Position numbers and translations under genes: made by a program. A DNA stretch of 50,242 nt, taken from assembly GCF_006345805.1 (NCBI RefSeq), contig NW_021835321.1:1-50242 (forward strand). The letters run 5' to 3'. Below the pieces are notes generated by a model that worked only from the letters and a program-made list of their open reading frames with translations, was not told the DNA's origin and ran no database searches. This document shows positions 1-12,369 of this stretch, in pieces (the first letter of the stretch is position 1; the number at the start of each line of letters is the position of its first letter). The DNA comes from Octopus sinensis. Its lineage: Eukaryota.

Positions 1-499
1 AAACTGTTTACATCTGTCATCACTGCTCCATGTAGTTTCCACTTACCATCTGAGACCAATGCAATGTTTCCATGTACCAATTTCATGTACACAATGTTTT
101 CCTTCACCACTTTCAATCCACACAATTTCCCATTTGTGCTCCAGACCCTTGCAGCATTTCCACTCACCACCCCTGACGCCTATAGCTTCCACCCAACACC
201 ACTAATCCACATATCTATTTACCACCAATCATCCACACTCAGAGTTTACATTCGCTATCATTGATCCATTCTGTGTGTATCTGGCAACATTCATCAAATT
301 CTTATGATATAAAAATAAATAAATACGTAAACTATTTATTGTGTCTAAACACAAAGACGAAAGCTTAGCAATTGATACATACATACATACATACATACAT
401 ACATACATGCATACATACATATATATACACACATATATATATATATATGTGTGTGTGTGCGTGTGTGTGTGTGTGTGTGCGTGTGTGTGTGTGTGTGTT

Positions 500-715
500 G
501 AGGCGCGTGGCTTAGTTGCTAGGGTGTTAGCATCATGATCGTAAGATTGTGGTTTCGATTCCTGGACCGAGCGACGCGTTGTGTTCTTGAGTAAAACACT
601 TCATTTCACGTCGCTGCGATGGACTGGCGTCCCATCCAGCTGGGGAACACATACGCCATTGAAACCGGGAAATCAGGCCCATGAGCCTGGATAGGCTTTA
701 AAGGGCGCATTTATT
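500..715 (+). mobile_element. tRNA-derived SINE (family A here), internally shortened
   Basis: A-box-like TGGCTTAGTTG, B-box GGTTTCGATTCC, core GCGATGGACTGGCGTCCCATCCAG (resembles the V-SINE central domain, from recall); 3' module shared with the SINE at 12002. Confidence 0.85.
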
Positions 716-751
716 ATATATATGTATATATATATATATATATATATTACT

Positions 752-1312
752 TTATATAATTAGAGTTCAGCCAAAAAATTGCTTTACCACACACCGAACT
801 TTTAGAAATAGCAGCCAAAGAATTTAGCCATTTCCACTACTATAAAAAGAGTCTCCCACACAATATATACTCAAAAACAATTCACGTAGACATAGAGGGA
901 AAAATAACGAAAGTTCACTCGAAAAATAGATTACTTGTGAACGTGTTTTTGGGTTAGTCAGATATAGAGATGCTAGAAATACATCCTTATTCCAATATTC
1001 CCGTCATCAGCACAAGATTTCATTAAATTTAAATTTGAGAGCACTAAAAATCGAACATACCCGTCTGATTTGAGTAACCTCAGATAAACCGTTCTCGACA
1101 TCCAGTACCAATGAATTCAAAATATACGAAGGAGGCTCTGCATCTTCCCCTGTCCACCTACGTGAGTTATAGAACAACACATTCCTACAGAGGAATTCGT
1201 AGTTTATTATCAGGGAGAGAATTTACCGTAATTGGTCCTTTTACATACTGAACACTGCTTGGTAAATGATTAATTACTAATTAATTAATTAATTTTACCC
1301 TTATTATTTTGA
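752..1312. mobile_element. (AT)n-flanked dispersed repeat related to 18187-18602
   Basis: 760-860 aligns with 18295-18390 (GTTCAGC..AAA..TTGCTTTACCACA.ACCGAA.TTTAGAAATAGCAGCCAAA); 1283-1301 is the reverse complement of AAGGGTAAAATTAATTAATTA at ~18192; both ends lie in (AT)n. Confidence 0.7.
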
Positions 1313-1313
1313 C

Positions 1314-1360
<47 letters not shown>

Positions 1361-1364
1361 ATAT

Positions 1365-1395
<31 letters not shown>

Positions 1396-1589
1396 TTATA
1401 ATATATATACATACATATATATATATCTTATCCTTATATCTATGCCTATCTAACTCTCGCTGCCTTGGTTAATTGGGAGACAGATAAAGTCTGTTACCCA
1501 AGCATTCAGAGCGTAAACAGAAAAAATAGTACAAGTTATCTTGGTCCGACGCTCTACCAATTGCAATGATCTATTCGACGCTGAATTGG

Positions 1590-1700
1590 TTGGTACTTTC
1601 TTTTTATGACGCTGAGGGGATGAAAGGCAATGTTATCTTCGATGAAATTTAAACTCTGTGCGCCGGGAGCTGGAAAAATACCGTAAGGTGTTTTGTCCTA
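1590..1700 (-). mobile_element. Degenerate tRNA-derived SINE (family D)
   Basis: GGTACTTT...GGGATGAAAGGCAATG...GAAATTTAAACTC matches the family D copies at 8369-8585 and 31678-31901 with many changes. Confidence 0.65.
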
Positions 1701-2829
1701 CACTTTTTGGCCTACACGTCCATTTCACGGCTCAGTATCAATTGAGAACGCAAAGATACGAAACTAAAAATAAGATATTTCGTCTGGCACTCTTTTTTAT
1801 TTTCTACCCTAACAGCTGCGTGTACTCGAGGTATGGAGCTGTACACGTGTATGGCATTGAAGTTCCCTCTTGCTGTGGTCAATATATTTTTACAGTAGAG
1901 ATTTTCCTTATATGTCGATCACTTTCTTTGCTGAGCGGGTCATGACGCCAGGTCATATAATATTGCTATTGTATTCAACGACGGCCCTCAATTGGTTGAC
2001 AACTGTAGCAGAAGAAACATTCAATACAGCAGAAGCATCGTTGCTACGGATAATGACGTTACTGTTGTTGTTGTTGGTGGTGATGATTTTGTTGAATAGG
2101 GTTTTAACAGCAGATCCTTGGTTGTGTCATGACGTATCAGCCAATAGATTAACGTCAATGCCCTTGGTTGCTATGGCAACCTATGCAGTTGTTGTAAAAG
2201 AGACGCCATAATCAACACAGCCATAATTGGTGGGAGGGGGTGCGTTATTCTTTTTCTCTCCCTCTCTTTCTCTAACCTCTCAACCTACCCATTTCCCTGT
2301 CAGGTAAAATTATTATTATGATCTTAGTGAAATCCATATTTGCTTAAATAAATATAACAATTTTTCCACGACAAAATAATTCAACAGAAATTGGCTCCTT
2401 AAAACAGGGGCGCATAAAAGGGGAAAACCCTCTTCTGTCAGCTCCTGGTTAGTGTCACGACAAAATGATCAAGAATGCATGATGTTTAAAACCCTCCTTA
2501 AAGCAATAGTAGCAATAATTTGATGAACAGTACAGTGACATAATCATAATATTGATGATGATAATGATAATGACGATTTCTTTTATTCGCTATACGGACG
2601 TCCGATGGGTGGAATTTTAAAAGAGCAGGTTGCAATTTGAGTGGGAATTTGCACAAAGCCGGTAAGGCGCAAGATTATTAGAGAAAATTATCCATCGAGG
2701 ACAAAATGTGTTAATCAAGAGAAGTCCTACTTATATAAGAGAACCTTTAACTGAGACCAGTCAAGGAACTTCACAGATACTCTGACTACAAAAGACACGA
2801 GCTCTCACTCGATCGTTGTTCTTCAATCT

Positions 2830-3400
2830 ATATGTGTATGTTTAGAGTCCGTTTTCTCTTTAGTCATCCACATTTTCACGAATTCGCTGGGAGAGAGAGC
2901 ATTTCCCAACGCACAATTAATTTCGCCTTGCCACCAGACAGAGTAATGTTGCTTAGCTTTGTTAAAGGAGGGCGGCAAGTCGATATTCACAATGGATTCG
3001 TCTTGATCGTTCCTGCACGCGACAATAGTTGTTCGACATAACTTCACAAGTCGGCAATGCTCTGTCAATGTATGAGTGCATGAAGTATAATTTAATCGTT
3101 CAGCGTGAATCTCGGACAGACACCGTTTGTGAAGTTTGTGTGCTAGCTGAGTTCTTTTCAAATCATCGGTCATCTTGTCATAGTACTAGCAGGTCAAGAA
3201 TTTCTTGAATTATCTGTAGCTGTTTCTCAGAAGGTCTCCGGAACTGGCTAGTCGGATGATTCTTGTCCACGGCTAGACTACTCAGAGGATATCGACGCTC
3301 TTCCAACCTTTGAGAATGCTTACGTGGATACTGAAGTGGATACATGAGAGAAATATGGCTGTCGAAGGGCAACCCCATCTGCTCATCGTCAAGGAATCTC
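2830..3400 (-). mobile_element. Decayed L1/Tx1-like LINE ORF2 C-terminal remnant
   Basis: Minus-strand peptides LVKLCRT..PPSFNKAK..VWW..LSPSEFVKMW. Nucleotide and peptide similarity to 35963-36295 (CTTGTGAAGTTA.GTCGA, CCTTTAACAA.GC, TCTGTCT.GTGGC; LSFSEIVKRW). Clade assignment from recall; frameshifted and deleted. Confidence 0.5.
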
Positions 3401-4006
3401 TTTAAGAGCTACAGCTTCAATGCTTGTCGAAGTATCATCATCCATTGCATAATTATTACGCTGTGCATGAAATGTTGATTCCAAAAGATGCAGAAAACTA
3501 CTGATGTAGGGCCCAAAACTCCATTAGCGTCTCCTGTACGCTTTGCGTTCGAAACGTTGATCCATCAGCTGCTATAAATTCGCATAGATTTTCTCGGAAT
3601 CAAACAGCATTCATTTGTCCTTGTTCGTCAAATACTGAATTGTGCCTTTTATTTATTCATGTATTTGTTTATTTGTTTGTTTATTGCAATGTCACGCCTC
3701 TTTCACTAGGGCCGCCAAACTCTATTCCTTCCTTCGTGTTGTAACGCATGCGTCTTAACTCTGCCAATGCAACCTTTGCGTTTCACATTGAAGACATAGC
3801 TGATGGATGTTCTAACCGTTAGTTCATCCATAGCGATATACTTCTTAAAACAACTCTTCCCCCACCATGCCTCCCTATCTCTATCTCTCTCTCATCGATT
3901 TTGCTCGATCGTTACTTCGTTTCTAAATATTTTCTTTTTATTCGTGATGTCTTCCATCAAAAACTCGATGTACCCAATCAATTTCAATGATAACCATCAG
4001 TGTCAT

Positions 4007-4051
<45 letters not shown>

Positions 4052-4092
4052 TGTGTGTGTGTGTGGTGTGTGTGTGTGTGTGTGTGTGTGTG

Positions 4093-4135
<43 letters not shown>

Positions 4136-5559
4136 TGTGTGTGTGTATGTATGTATATATGTATGCATGTATTTATTTGTTTATACCACTGAAAAAAATT
4201 GATGCTATGGATCTTCATCCAAGAAAAATTCATTTCAGTAGTGATTCACGAGGACGCCAAAAGAATTTCGGGCTTCTTGAGCCTTGTTAAGGATATGTAA
4301 CCGCTTATCACATGTGTAGACGATATCTATCACCTTTGATAAACTGTAATCAATAAATAATACATTCAATGATATTGCGAATAACGGCCGAGCTGAATAA
4401 AACTCGGTGTACTATTGAAAGTACTATTTAAATTAAAATAGACATCTTTGTATCATACTTAAAGTACATGGGTCATTGAGATCATGGGTTTGTAGATTTT
4501 GGTCCGAAAGAAAATCTCTTCATAGACATTGCGTTCTCTTGAATCCTTGTCGGGGCAGTATTTCGTCACGCTCCTATATATATAGTACTTTTAGCTCAAC
4601 ACATCGGGTGACAATCCACAGCATCACGCCCTTCAAAGAGCATATAAGTTAAACGCAATACATACACGGTTATTTTATTTTAATGTTTTCTTTTCATTTT
4701 GCTTACACTGAATTTCTGTGATGTTTCTGATAACAACAAGTGAAGTTGATGGAATTTGATATTCCGTGTCTTAAATTCTTGATACTGATGCAGTTTTTGT
4801 TACTCCTGTTTGAATTTTTGCTGTGGTTGTTTTCTTTTTTGTTTTCGTGTTTGTGTTTCCTAGAGTTTTATTTTTTTTTTGCGTTTGTTGCAGATCTGGC
4901 GATAGTAGTTATTCCTGCTGAGGTGGTAATCTCAAAAGTGACCTCAAAAGCTAAAGAATTACGCCCTCTTTTAGCATTTAAACTGAAACCATTATGCTAA
5001 CTAAAGAATGGGTTTATCAGCCCTTTTGTAATCGATACACAAACATTTCTGTTGAGTTATTGATAAATTAACAATAAAGATAGACATAGACATGTTCCAG
5101 AAAACAGTCATCCTGGAGTTTGTTAATCATCGTTAGGATATTCTCACACATCGTTTATTAGTCTTGAACATTATTCATCACCTTCAATATCTTTTTTAAC
5201 TTTAAACCTTTATATTGTCCAAAAAGAACCTAATCTTGTTTAAGAAAGGAAAATATTGATGTATTTCTCAAACATTGACTAATAAAAATGATATCTTTCA
5301 TATTATGACGAGAGCAAAGAATGAGGGGCATTACAAAACAGAGAAAACCTTTTACAACTGAAGAAGGTTTGGTGACGAAACGAGGGCGTAGAATACAGTA
5401 TCTGGGATGCAGCTGGTTGAATGCCTTACTAAACCTGTGCAAGTGAAACTCTGGACCAAGACCTTCTGGAAGATGTCCGTAATACCGTCCAAAAGTCCTC
5501 CACAAGGCAATGCTTAGGTTGTCCTCATCGAAGGACAAACGACAGAATTTATTTATTAT

Positions 5560-6005
5560 TTTGAATTTTCATAAAATTTTCGCGAATTTGTGTTCCACAG
5601 TACATACTGGAATTCATACGATTATGAAAAAAAAATTAATTTTTTTAACTCCTCCATCCCATAAATCCTAAAAGTTCCACTCTCTGTCGAATTAAAAAAG
5701 AATCAGTGATTAAAGTACGAAAATCCAAACTTTTTTCTCCTTAAACCACAGCAATGGACGACACTTGGGTGCATCACCATTCTATTAAATGTGCTGATGA
5801 GGAGGAAAAGATTGAAAAACATAATATATGTCAGAGTAATAATGAAACGAGGAAGGTATAAGGTGGTCGTGAGTTGTGCTAAAAATAACAGTTAAATCAT
5901 CCTTAAATCACACAGAAAAAATCTTTTTTTTTTCATAATCGTATGAATTCTCGTGTGTAGTACACAAACTTGCAAAAATTTTCGGAAAATTCCAAAGAAA
6001 TGAAA
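5560..6005. mobile_element. MITE-like element with inverted termini
   Basis: 26-bp perfect inverted pair GAATTCATACGATTATG(A)9 at 5610-5635 and 5925-5950, with degenerate outer arms; no coding capacity; TSD not identified. Confidence 0.55.
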
Positions 6006-6516
6006 ATGCTACGAGGGGTCATATGGGTAGCTTAAACCAGAATTCCGCCGAACAAACATCAGAATATTGTCATTCAGGTTACCTACCACTATACGTTTAT
6101 TGAACGTTTATGTTGATGTTCTTTGGATTGCATTACACAATGGGGGGGGGGCAGTGGTTGGAAACTATTCCATGGAGGATTGGTTACCTAGTTTCTTTTA
6201 ATATCTGTCCATGTACGTTGTTGGGGGAGAAAACAAATAATCATTCTGGGCAAGTAACAGTCAACAGTGGGTCACTCCAGTGGTTGCTTGTTAAATTTCT
6301 TTCCCGGAAAGATTCCAACATTATATGGGAACCTTCTGATTATTATAAATAGGTCTTATTAATATAGTCCTGTCTATAATAATTAGAAATCTCTCACCTA
6401 GTGTTCGACTAAAATGCTTCCGCACTCCTTCTCTTTATAGTGTGTAGTTTTAGGCGTATTTACTTCATCAGTACATTGCTTTATTTTCAACGAAGACGAC
6501 GATGACAATTAATCCT

Positions 6517-6717
6517 TTCTACTATAGACACGAGGGCTGCAAATTTCGAGGAGGGGAAAGTCGATTACATCGACCTCAGTACTCGACTAGTACTTATTTC
6601 ATCAAGCCCGAAACAATGAAAGCTAGGGCCAACCTCAGCGAAATTTGAACTCAGAACGTAAGGACGGACAAAATGCTGTTGTCCAGCATGCTAACGATTC
6701 TGCCCTCACGCCACCTT
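6517..6717 (-). mobile_element. tRNA-derived SINE (family D)
   Basis: Reverse strand has the head AAGGTGGCG..GGCAGAATCGTTAGCATGC, B-box-like GAGTTCAAATT, and the family D core and tail. Confidence 0.85.
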
Positions 6718-7744
6718 AAAAGATGAAATAATTATGATTATCAACATCGCCAATCATCGTCATTATCACCATCAGCAACATCATCTTCATTATTATCGTC
6801 CTCCTCCTCCTCATCATCATCATCATCAACATCAACATCATCTTTTTCGCAATCATCATCATCATCACTCTCCCACGTAGACGTCGTCGCCAATGGCATC
6901 AAGGTCAATCGCTATCGTCATCATTTCACGTATATTCACACCGGCCATCTATCATACCCACTCCCAAGCTAACATAGAAGCTATCACTCACAGAGGAAGG
7001 AAAACAACCCCTCCTCCTACACCACCACTGCCACTACTTCGTCACGAACTCCGCATCCTTCTTCTCCTTTCCCTCCCACCATATTAGACTGGAAGTCACG
7101 CATACTGAAGTGGTAACTGACCTGTCACAACTTGTCTCACACCCTATCTATTAACACATATACTGATAAACTAACACACACACATTCACACGCGCACAAA
7201 CACAGACACACTTACACAGGCACACTCACACAAACACACATACATATACATACTCTCTATCTCATATTCCCTTCACACAGAGACAAGGTCAAAGACTCAC
7301 CTACACTTCAACTTTCAGACACGCACACACAAACACTTATACATACAAATTTGTACGCTTACACTCACGCACTCACACATGCACGCACGCACGCACACAC
7401 ATGCACACTCACGCACACACAGACGTACATACATACAATTATGCAAACTCGCATATACACACGTACGCAAAAATATACACACCACAGGGAAACACTTATT
7501 GATGCAAGCATTTATGTTAACATACGCTCCGGCTAAATCGTACGTTGCTTCTGTACATTTATACGTGTGTGTGTTTGTGTGTGTGTGTGTATGCATTAAC
7601 GCATATATGAATAGATGGATGTTTCTGCGTATGTATGTATGTATGTATGTATGTATGTATGTATGTATGTATGTATGTATGTATGTATGTATGTATGTAC
7701 GCATGTATGTATGTATGTATGTACTTAAGTATGTACGTATATAT

Positions 7745-7965
7745 CTTTTACCTTCAACTTGGTTTGGTCGTTGAAATGCGGTCAAGCTGGGGCACAGCCT
7801 TCAAGGATTTTAGTCGAACAAATTTATTCCAGTACGTATCTTTTAAACTTGGTATTCATTGGTATTCATCATATCAGTTCCAGCTTAGTTATTAGAACGT
7901 AAACGAACCAACACGGCTGGTGGTGGCAGTGGAACAAATACAGGCTCAAAGACTCACACACACAG

Positions 7966-7998
<33 letters not shown>

Positions 7999-8054
7999 AC
8001 TCACACACACACCCACACACACACACATACACACCACACACACACACACACACC

Positions 8055-8123
<69 letters not shown>

Positions 8124-8225
8124 GCCAGGCTTCTTTCAATTTCCGTCTACCAAATTCTCTCACAAGGCATTGGTCGAAATGATCTATCGTAGAACAACGT
8201 AGTGAGACTAAACTCGAAACTAGAT
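7745..8225 (-). mobile_element. Degenerate SINE (family C) with internal (AT)n/(CA)n
   Basis: TTTCCGTCTACCAAATTCTCTCACAAGGC and the AGCTGGGGCACAGCC 3' module match the family C copies at 28444 and 49180. Confidence 0.75.
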
Positions 8226-8233
8226 GCTTGAAA

Positions 8234-8715
8234 ATTCTTTTCTACTCTAGGCACAAGGTCCGAAATTTTGTGGGAGGGAGCCAGTCGATTAGATTGACAA
8301 CTAAAGGATGAAAGGCAAAGTTTATTTCGGCGGAATTTGAATTCAGAACGAAAAGACGGACGAAATACCTATTTCTTTATTACCCACAAGGGGCTAAACA
8401 CAGAGGGGACAAACAAGGACAGACATAGGTATTAAGTCAATTACATCGACCCCAGTGCGTAACTGGTACTTAATTTATCGACCCCGAAAGGATGAAAGGC
8501 AAAGTCGACCTCGGCGGAATTTGAGCTCACAACGTAACGCAGACGAAATACCGCTAAGCATTTTGCCCGGCGTGCTAACGTTTCTTATTTCTTTATTGCC
8601 CACAAGGGGCTAAACATAGAGGGGACAAACAAGGACAGACAAAGGGATTAAGTCGATTACATCGACATCAGTGCATAACTGGTACTTAATTTATCGACCC
8701 CGAAAGGATGAAAGG
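8234..8715 (-). mobile_element. Three abutting or nested family D SINE copies (8234-8368, 8369-8585, 8586-8715)
   Basis: Repeated GGATGAAAGGCAAAG core. Copies 2 and 3 share the tail TATTTCTTTATT.CCCACAAGGGGCTAAACA; each copy is cut before the end of its tRNA head. Confidence 0.9.
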
Positions 8716-8739
8716 AGTGCTAAACTCAACAAGATAATT

Positions 8740-9158
8740 TTGTAAGCTTTCTCCCAGGATCTGTGTACTTCGAAATCCCGTTCCAAAATCCCATACAGAG
8801 CAGCGCCGCTTAATCTCCTTGGTAAGCCACACCAGCTGTTCAAAAAACTACTAAATTTCCTCTCCAGAGTTTCCTCAGTTGACCTGCTGACATCATATAA
8901 TGACAGAGGCCACAAAATCATGGGCAGTATGGTATGCTGGTATATTGAAGCTTTGAAGCGATCTGGTAATCCAGGTTTGTCGACCTCAATAAGCCATTTT
9001 TGAAGGGTTTCGCTGGTTCTGCAAATGGAATCTGTATCCACCAGGAAGCTGTCAAAAAGATCCCCCCACCCATGCTCTTGACTAGCTATTGTCATGGTTA
9101 GAATGGCAGTACCGGACAAAGTGAAACGAAGCTCCTCCACCACAAGGGACCTCGACTT
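8740..9158 (-). mobile_element. Fragment of an RLE-type non-LTR retrotransposon (R2 superfamily, Hero/NeSL-like), RT C-terminal region
   Basis: Open frame KSRSLV..RFTLSGTAI..LFDSFLVDT..KWLIEVDKPGLPDRFKASIYQHTILPMILWPLSLYDV..ETLERKFSSFLNSWCGLPRRLSGAALYG resembles the GLPGKFKAWIYQHGILPRILWPL..ERR.S.LRRWLGLPRSLSSIALYG motif of these elements (recall; needs an HMM search). Confidence 0.75.
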
Positions 9159-9501
9159 TTATACCTCGCAAGAATTTTGAAAATTCAAGAGAATGTGAAA
9201 TAATACTTTTTGGACATGCAGACAAGCACACACAGACATATACATACACACACACACAAGCACATACATGCACATATATATCCACATACATACATACATA
9301 CTTACATACATATAGTTTAATTATAGCTTCACTGAAAGTTTCGTAGGTTTGTCTATCGAACTTATCTCGTCCAAAGAATCAGGCTCGATGGACGAGCCAA
9401 CGAAATTCTAAGTTGCATCAAACTTTTATTAAATAAATAATCCATGTGACTTCTACCGAATGTGTTCAGCGCCGCTTTCTTTCGTTTGTTCACTCACTCG
9501 T

Positions 9502-9543
<42 letters not shown>

Positions 9544-10802
9544 CACACACACACACACACACACATTCACACATTTGTATGCATACATATATGCAAACGT
9601 ACAAGCTTACTGTCCTCCTTCCCACACACTCACATCATCTCCACAACATCTTACAAGGTGTCCAACCTCTTCTCCAATACGTAATGTTTCAATACCGCCT
9701 CATCTACGAGACACACCTCCCTCCCTTGCCATCAACCTCCAAGTAACGCTTTCTCCATATTTCGCCAATCTCCTCCCTGTCGCTCCACTGCCATCCAATC
9801 CCTCCATGCCTCACCATTCAATATATCATCCATCGATGCCAATATTGATCCCATTCAACCATCCATCCATCCATGTATCGATAGATCGATCTATCTCTGC
9901 CATACCAAACACGGTACAGCCTCAAACCAATTTATCGTCTGCATCGTCACAGAACGTTCTTCAGACATCTTCTGCAATCAATCTTGTGAACATCTCCACC
10001 TTGACCCCACGTCCCCCTACCTTCTGACCTATCAACCACCACCTCCATCCTTCGCCCGTGTTGTATATCGATTTCTCTCAGCGATCTTTTAGAGATCGAA
10101 GCATTCAATTCGAACGTTTGATGGACGAATGTGTTTTTTTTTTATCGCCACCTCTCTCTCCCTCTATTTCATCACCATTCTCTCCGTCTCTTTGCGGCTT
10201 TCACACTCTTTCTTTCTCGCACTCTCACTCTCTCCCTTTCTCTTTTTCTCTCTCGTTTATCTTTATTTCACCATCTAGCTTTATCTTATTTCTTGTTTTC
10301 TTTCTTTTCCTAATAATCTCCCCTATCACAATCACCACTATCGCACGCACACCACCACCAACACCAAAATCATCATTACCATCGTCGTCATCGCCGTTAT
10401 AGTCGTCAACACAATTTAACGTCTTCTTCTTTTCCTTCGTTTCTTTTCTTTCCTTCCTTTTCCTTTTTCTTTTCTTTTCTTTTTCTATTTCAGCTCTTTC
10501 TTCTTTCTCGTCGTTTTCCTTTACGTCTCTTTTTTTACTTTTACTTCTTTTCTTCTCCTCTTCCGCCTCCTCTTTCACTTCCACTCCATATTCCTCTCCA
10601 ACACATTCCCCTCTCTTCCACTTGTCCCACCCATTCCCCTCCCCTACCTACTACCCTCTACACATCCTTCTTACCCTACCCCCATCACTACCGCCATGTT
10701 TAAAGTCCCACTCTGGCCGTTCGACATTTTGATGTTTTACTTCAAAGGAAATCGGAATACGCTGTGATGTTATTAAAGAGGCGGAGCAAGAAGTGGACGA
10801 GA

Positions 10803-10803
<1 letters not shown>

Positions 10804-10868
<65 letters not shown>
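10804..10868. repeat. (AGT)n microsatellite
   Basis: Direct reading; source of the spurious poly-T/Y/L ORFs. Confidence 0.95.
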
Positions 10869-10869
<1 letters not shown>

Positions 10870-11800
10870 TGTAGCTGTAGCAGCAGTAGTTGTAATAGTA
10901 GTAGAAGTAGAAAAATAACCACATGAAGAAACCAATACGACAACTGCAGCAACACCATTTCCACGAACCTATATTGATAAAAATAAATAAATAAATATAT
11001 AAATAATGGCAGAATGAAGAACAAGTCTGAAAATACAAAACGAATGAAAACAACTAAAATATAAAAGAAAAGAATTAAAAAATGAAGAAGGCGGGGAGAA
11101 TGATGATGATGGTGGTGGTGGTGGTGGTGGTGGTGATAGCGGCGGCGGCGGTGGTGGTGGTGGTGGTGGAGGACGCAATGATGATGATCACGATGATGAG
11201 GATGACGACAGCGACACGACTACGATGACGATCACGATGAAAGAAAGCAAGAAGGAAAGGAATAAAGAAAGAAAGAAAAATAGAAGGAAAGAAAGAAAGA
11301 AAGAAATGCATTATGAACGAAGACAGACAAAAAAACTGAAAAAAATGTCAGGAAAAATAGAAAAGGAAAATTACAAAAAACAAACAAAACAAAAACCAAC
11401 CAAAACGACAGAAGTAGGTGCAAAGGGAGGTAAGTGATGGGAAGACAGTCTTGAATGATGAGTCACAGTGTCAAACAGGAAGTTGAAATATGTCAGTATT
11501 CATGTTTCAGTTATTTCTATTTTCATTACTAGTAGCAATACTACTACTACTACTACTACTACTACTAGGTGAGTGATGCAATTATTCCTTGAAGTTCCTC
11601 AGGTGTTACAGGTGTTTGTGATTTTGTAGAGCTCGAGGATGTTGAGTGTCGGTTTTCTAGTGTTTGATGCAAAAAGAAGATCGACGTGATGAGCCTAGAT
11701 AGAAAACTTCATCTGGTTTTTAAATCGGCGAGATTTGAACTCAGAATATTGTGATACGAAAATAATACTGCAAGTTACACACCTATACAATGTTTTATAT

Positions 11801-12369
11801 TTAACCCTGCAGCATTTAAACCAGCCATATTAGGCCCAAACATTCTGCCTGTTTTATCTTCAAAGCGCTAAGATACGGCCGCTCATACCAACACCACAAT
11901 GTCATTCTTTCGATATGCAATTCTTTCGATAGGCAATTGATATGCAATCGCATCATCGAAATCTCGGGGCTGAGAGATTATGACTGATTAATTTAAAAAG
12001 AGTGGAAGCACATGGCCTGGTGGTTAGAGCAGCGGACTCGCAGTCGAGGGATCGCGGGTTCGAATCTCAGACCGGGCGATGTGTGTGTTTATGAGCGAAA
12101 CACCTAAGCTCCACGCGGCTCCGGCAGAAGGTAATGGCGAACTTCTGCTGAACCTTTCGCCACAACTTTCTCTCACTCTTTCCTCTTGCATCTTGCAGCT
12201 CACCTGTGACGGACGGGCATCCCGTCCAGGTGGGGAACCTATACGCCAAGGAAACCGGGAAACCGGCCCTTATGAGCCAAGCATAGCTCTAGAAGGAACA
12301 AACAATTTAAAAAGAATGTAAAAATTAAGCATCACATTTGACAGAGTAATCTGAATGCTAAAGAGTTAA
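11801..12369. mobile_element. piggyBac-type MITE (TTAA-CCC...GAG-TTAA) interrupted by a SINE
   Basis: TTAA at 11801-11804 and 12366-12369; the body aligns with the uninterrupted copy at 36346-36572; SINE inserted at 12002-12303. Confidence 0.8.
12002..12303 (+). mobile_element. tRNA-derived SINE (family B), full length with 12-bp TSD
   Basis: A box TGGCCTGGTGG, B box GGTTCGAATC; TSD AATTTAAAAAGA at 11990-12001 and 12304-12315. Confidence 0.92.

Noticed and set aside
1-290. Possible minus-strand exon ending at the donor at ~47, or a decayed RTE C-terminus
   Set aside because: No recognisable peptide and no good acceptor; the RTE similarity is only suggestive.
2900-3050. Gypsy RT-like reading of NIDLPPSFNKAKQHYSV..GEINCALGNA
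   Set aside because: Motif spacing does not fit a Gypsy RT, and the segment aligns better with the L1/Tx1-like 3' end at 35963-36295.
3501-3560. CTGATGT...GAAACGTT hammerhead-like string
   Set aside because: A9 is wrong, there is no proper stem II closure and no valid NUH triplet; it lies next to a LINE remnant.
5358-5390. Hammerhead-like string CTGAAGA..GAAAC-GAGGGC-GTA
   Set aside because: Core and stem III fit, but stem II is at most 2 bp and stem I cannot pair; treated as chance or fully decayed.
5230-5538. 102-aa minus-strand ORF (SFDEDNLSIALWRTFGRYYGHL...)
   Set aside because: No recognisable domain or convincing splice sites; cannot be supported without a database search.
12002-12075. 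tRNA genes at the SINE heads (also 500, 13973, 28760-28831, 38713, 49180)
   Set aside because: A and B boxes are present but no cloverleaf with a paired acceptor stem; each continues into a SINE body, some with TSDs.
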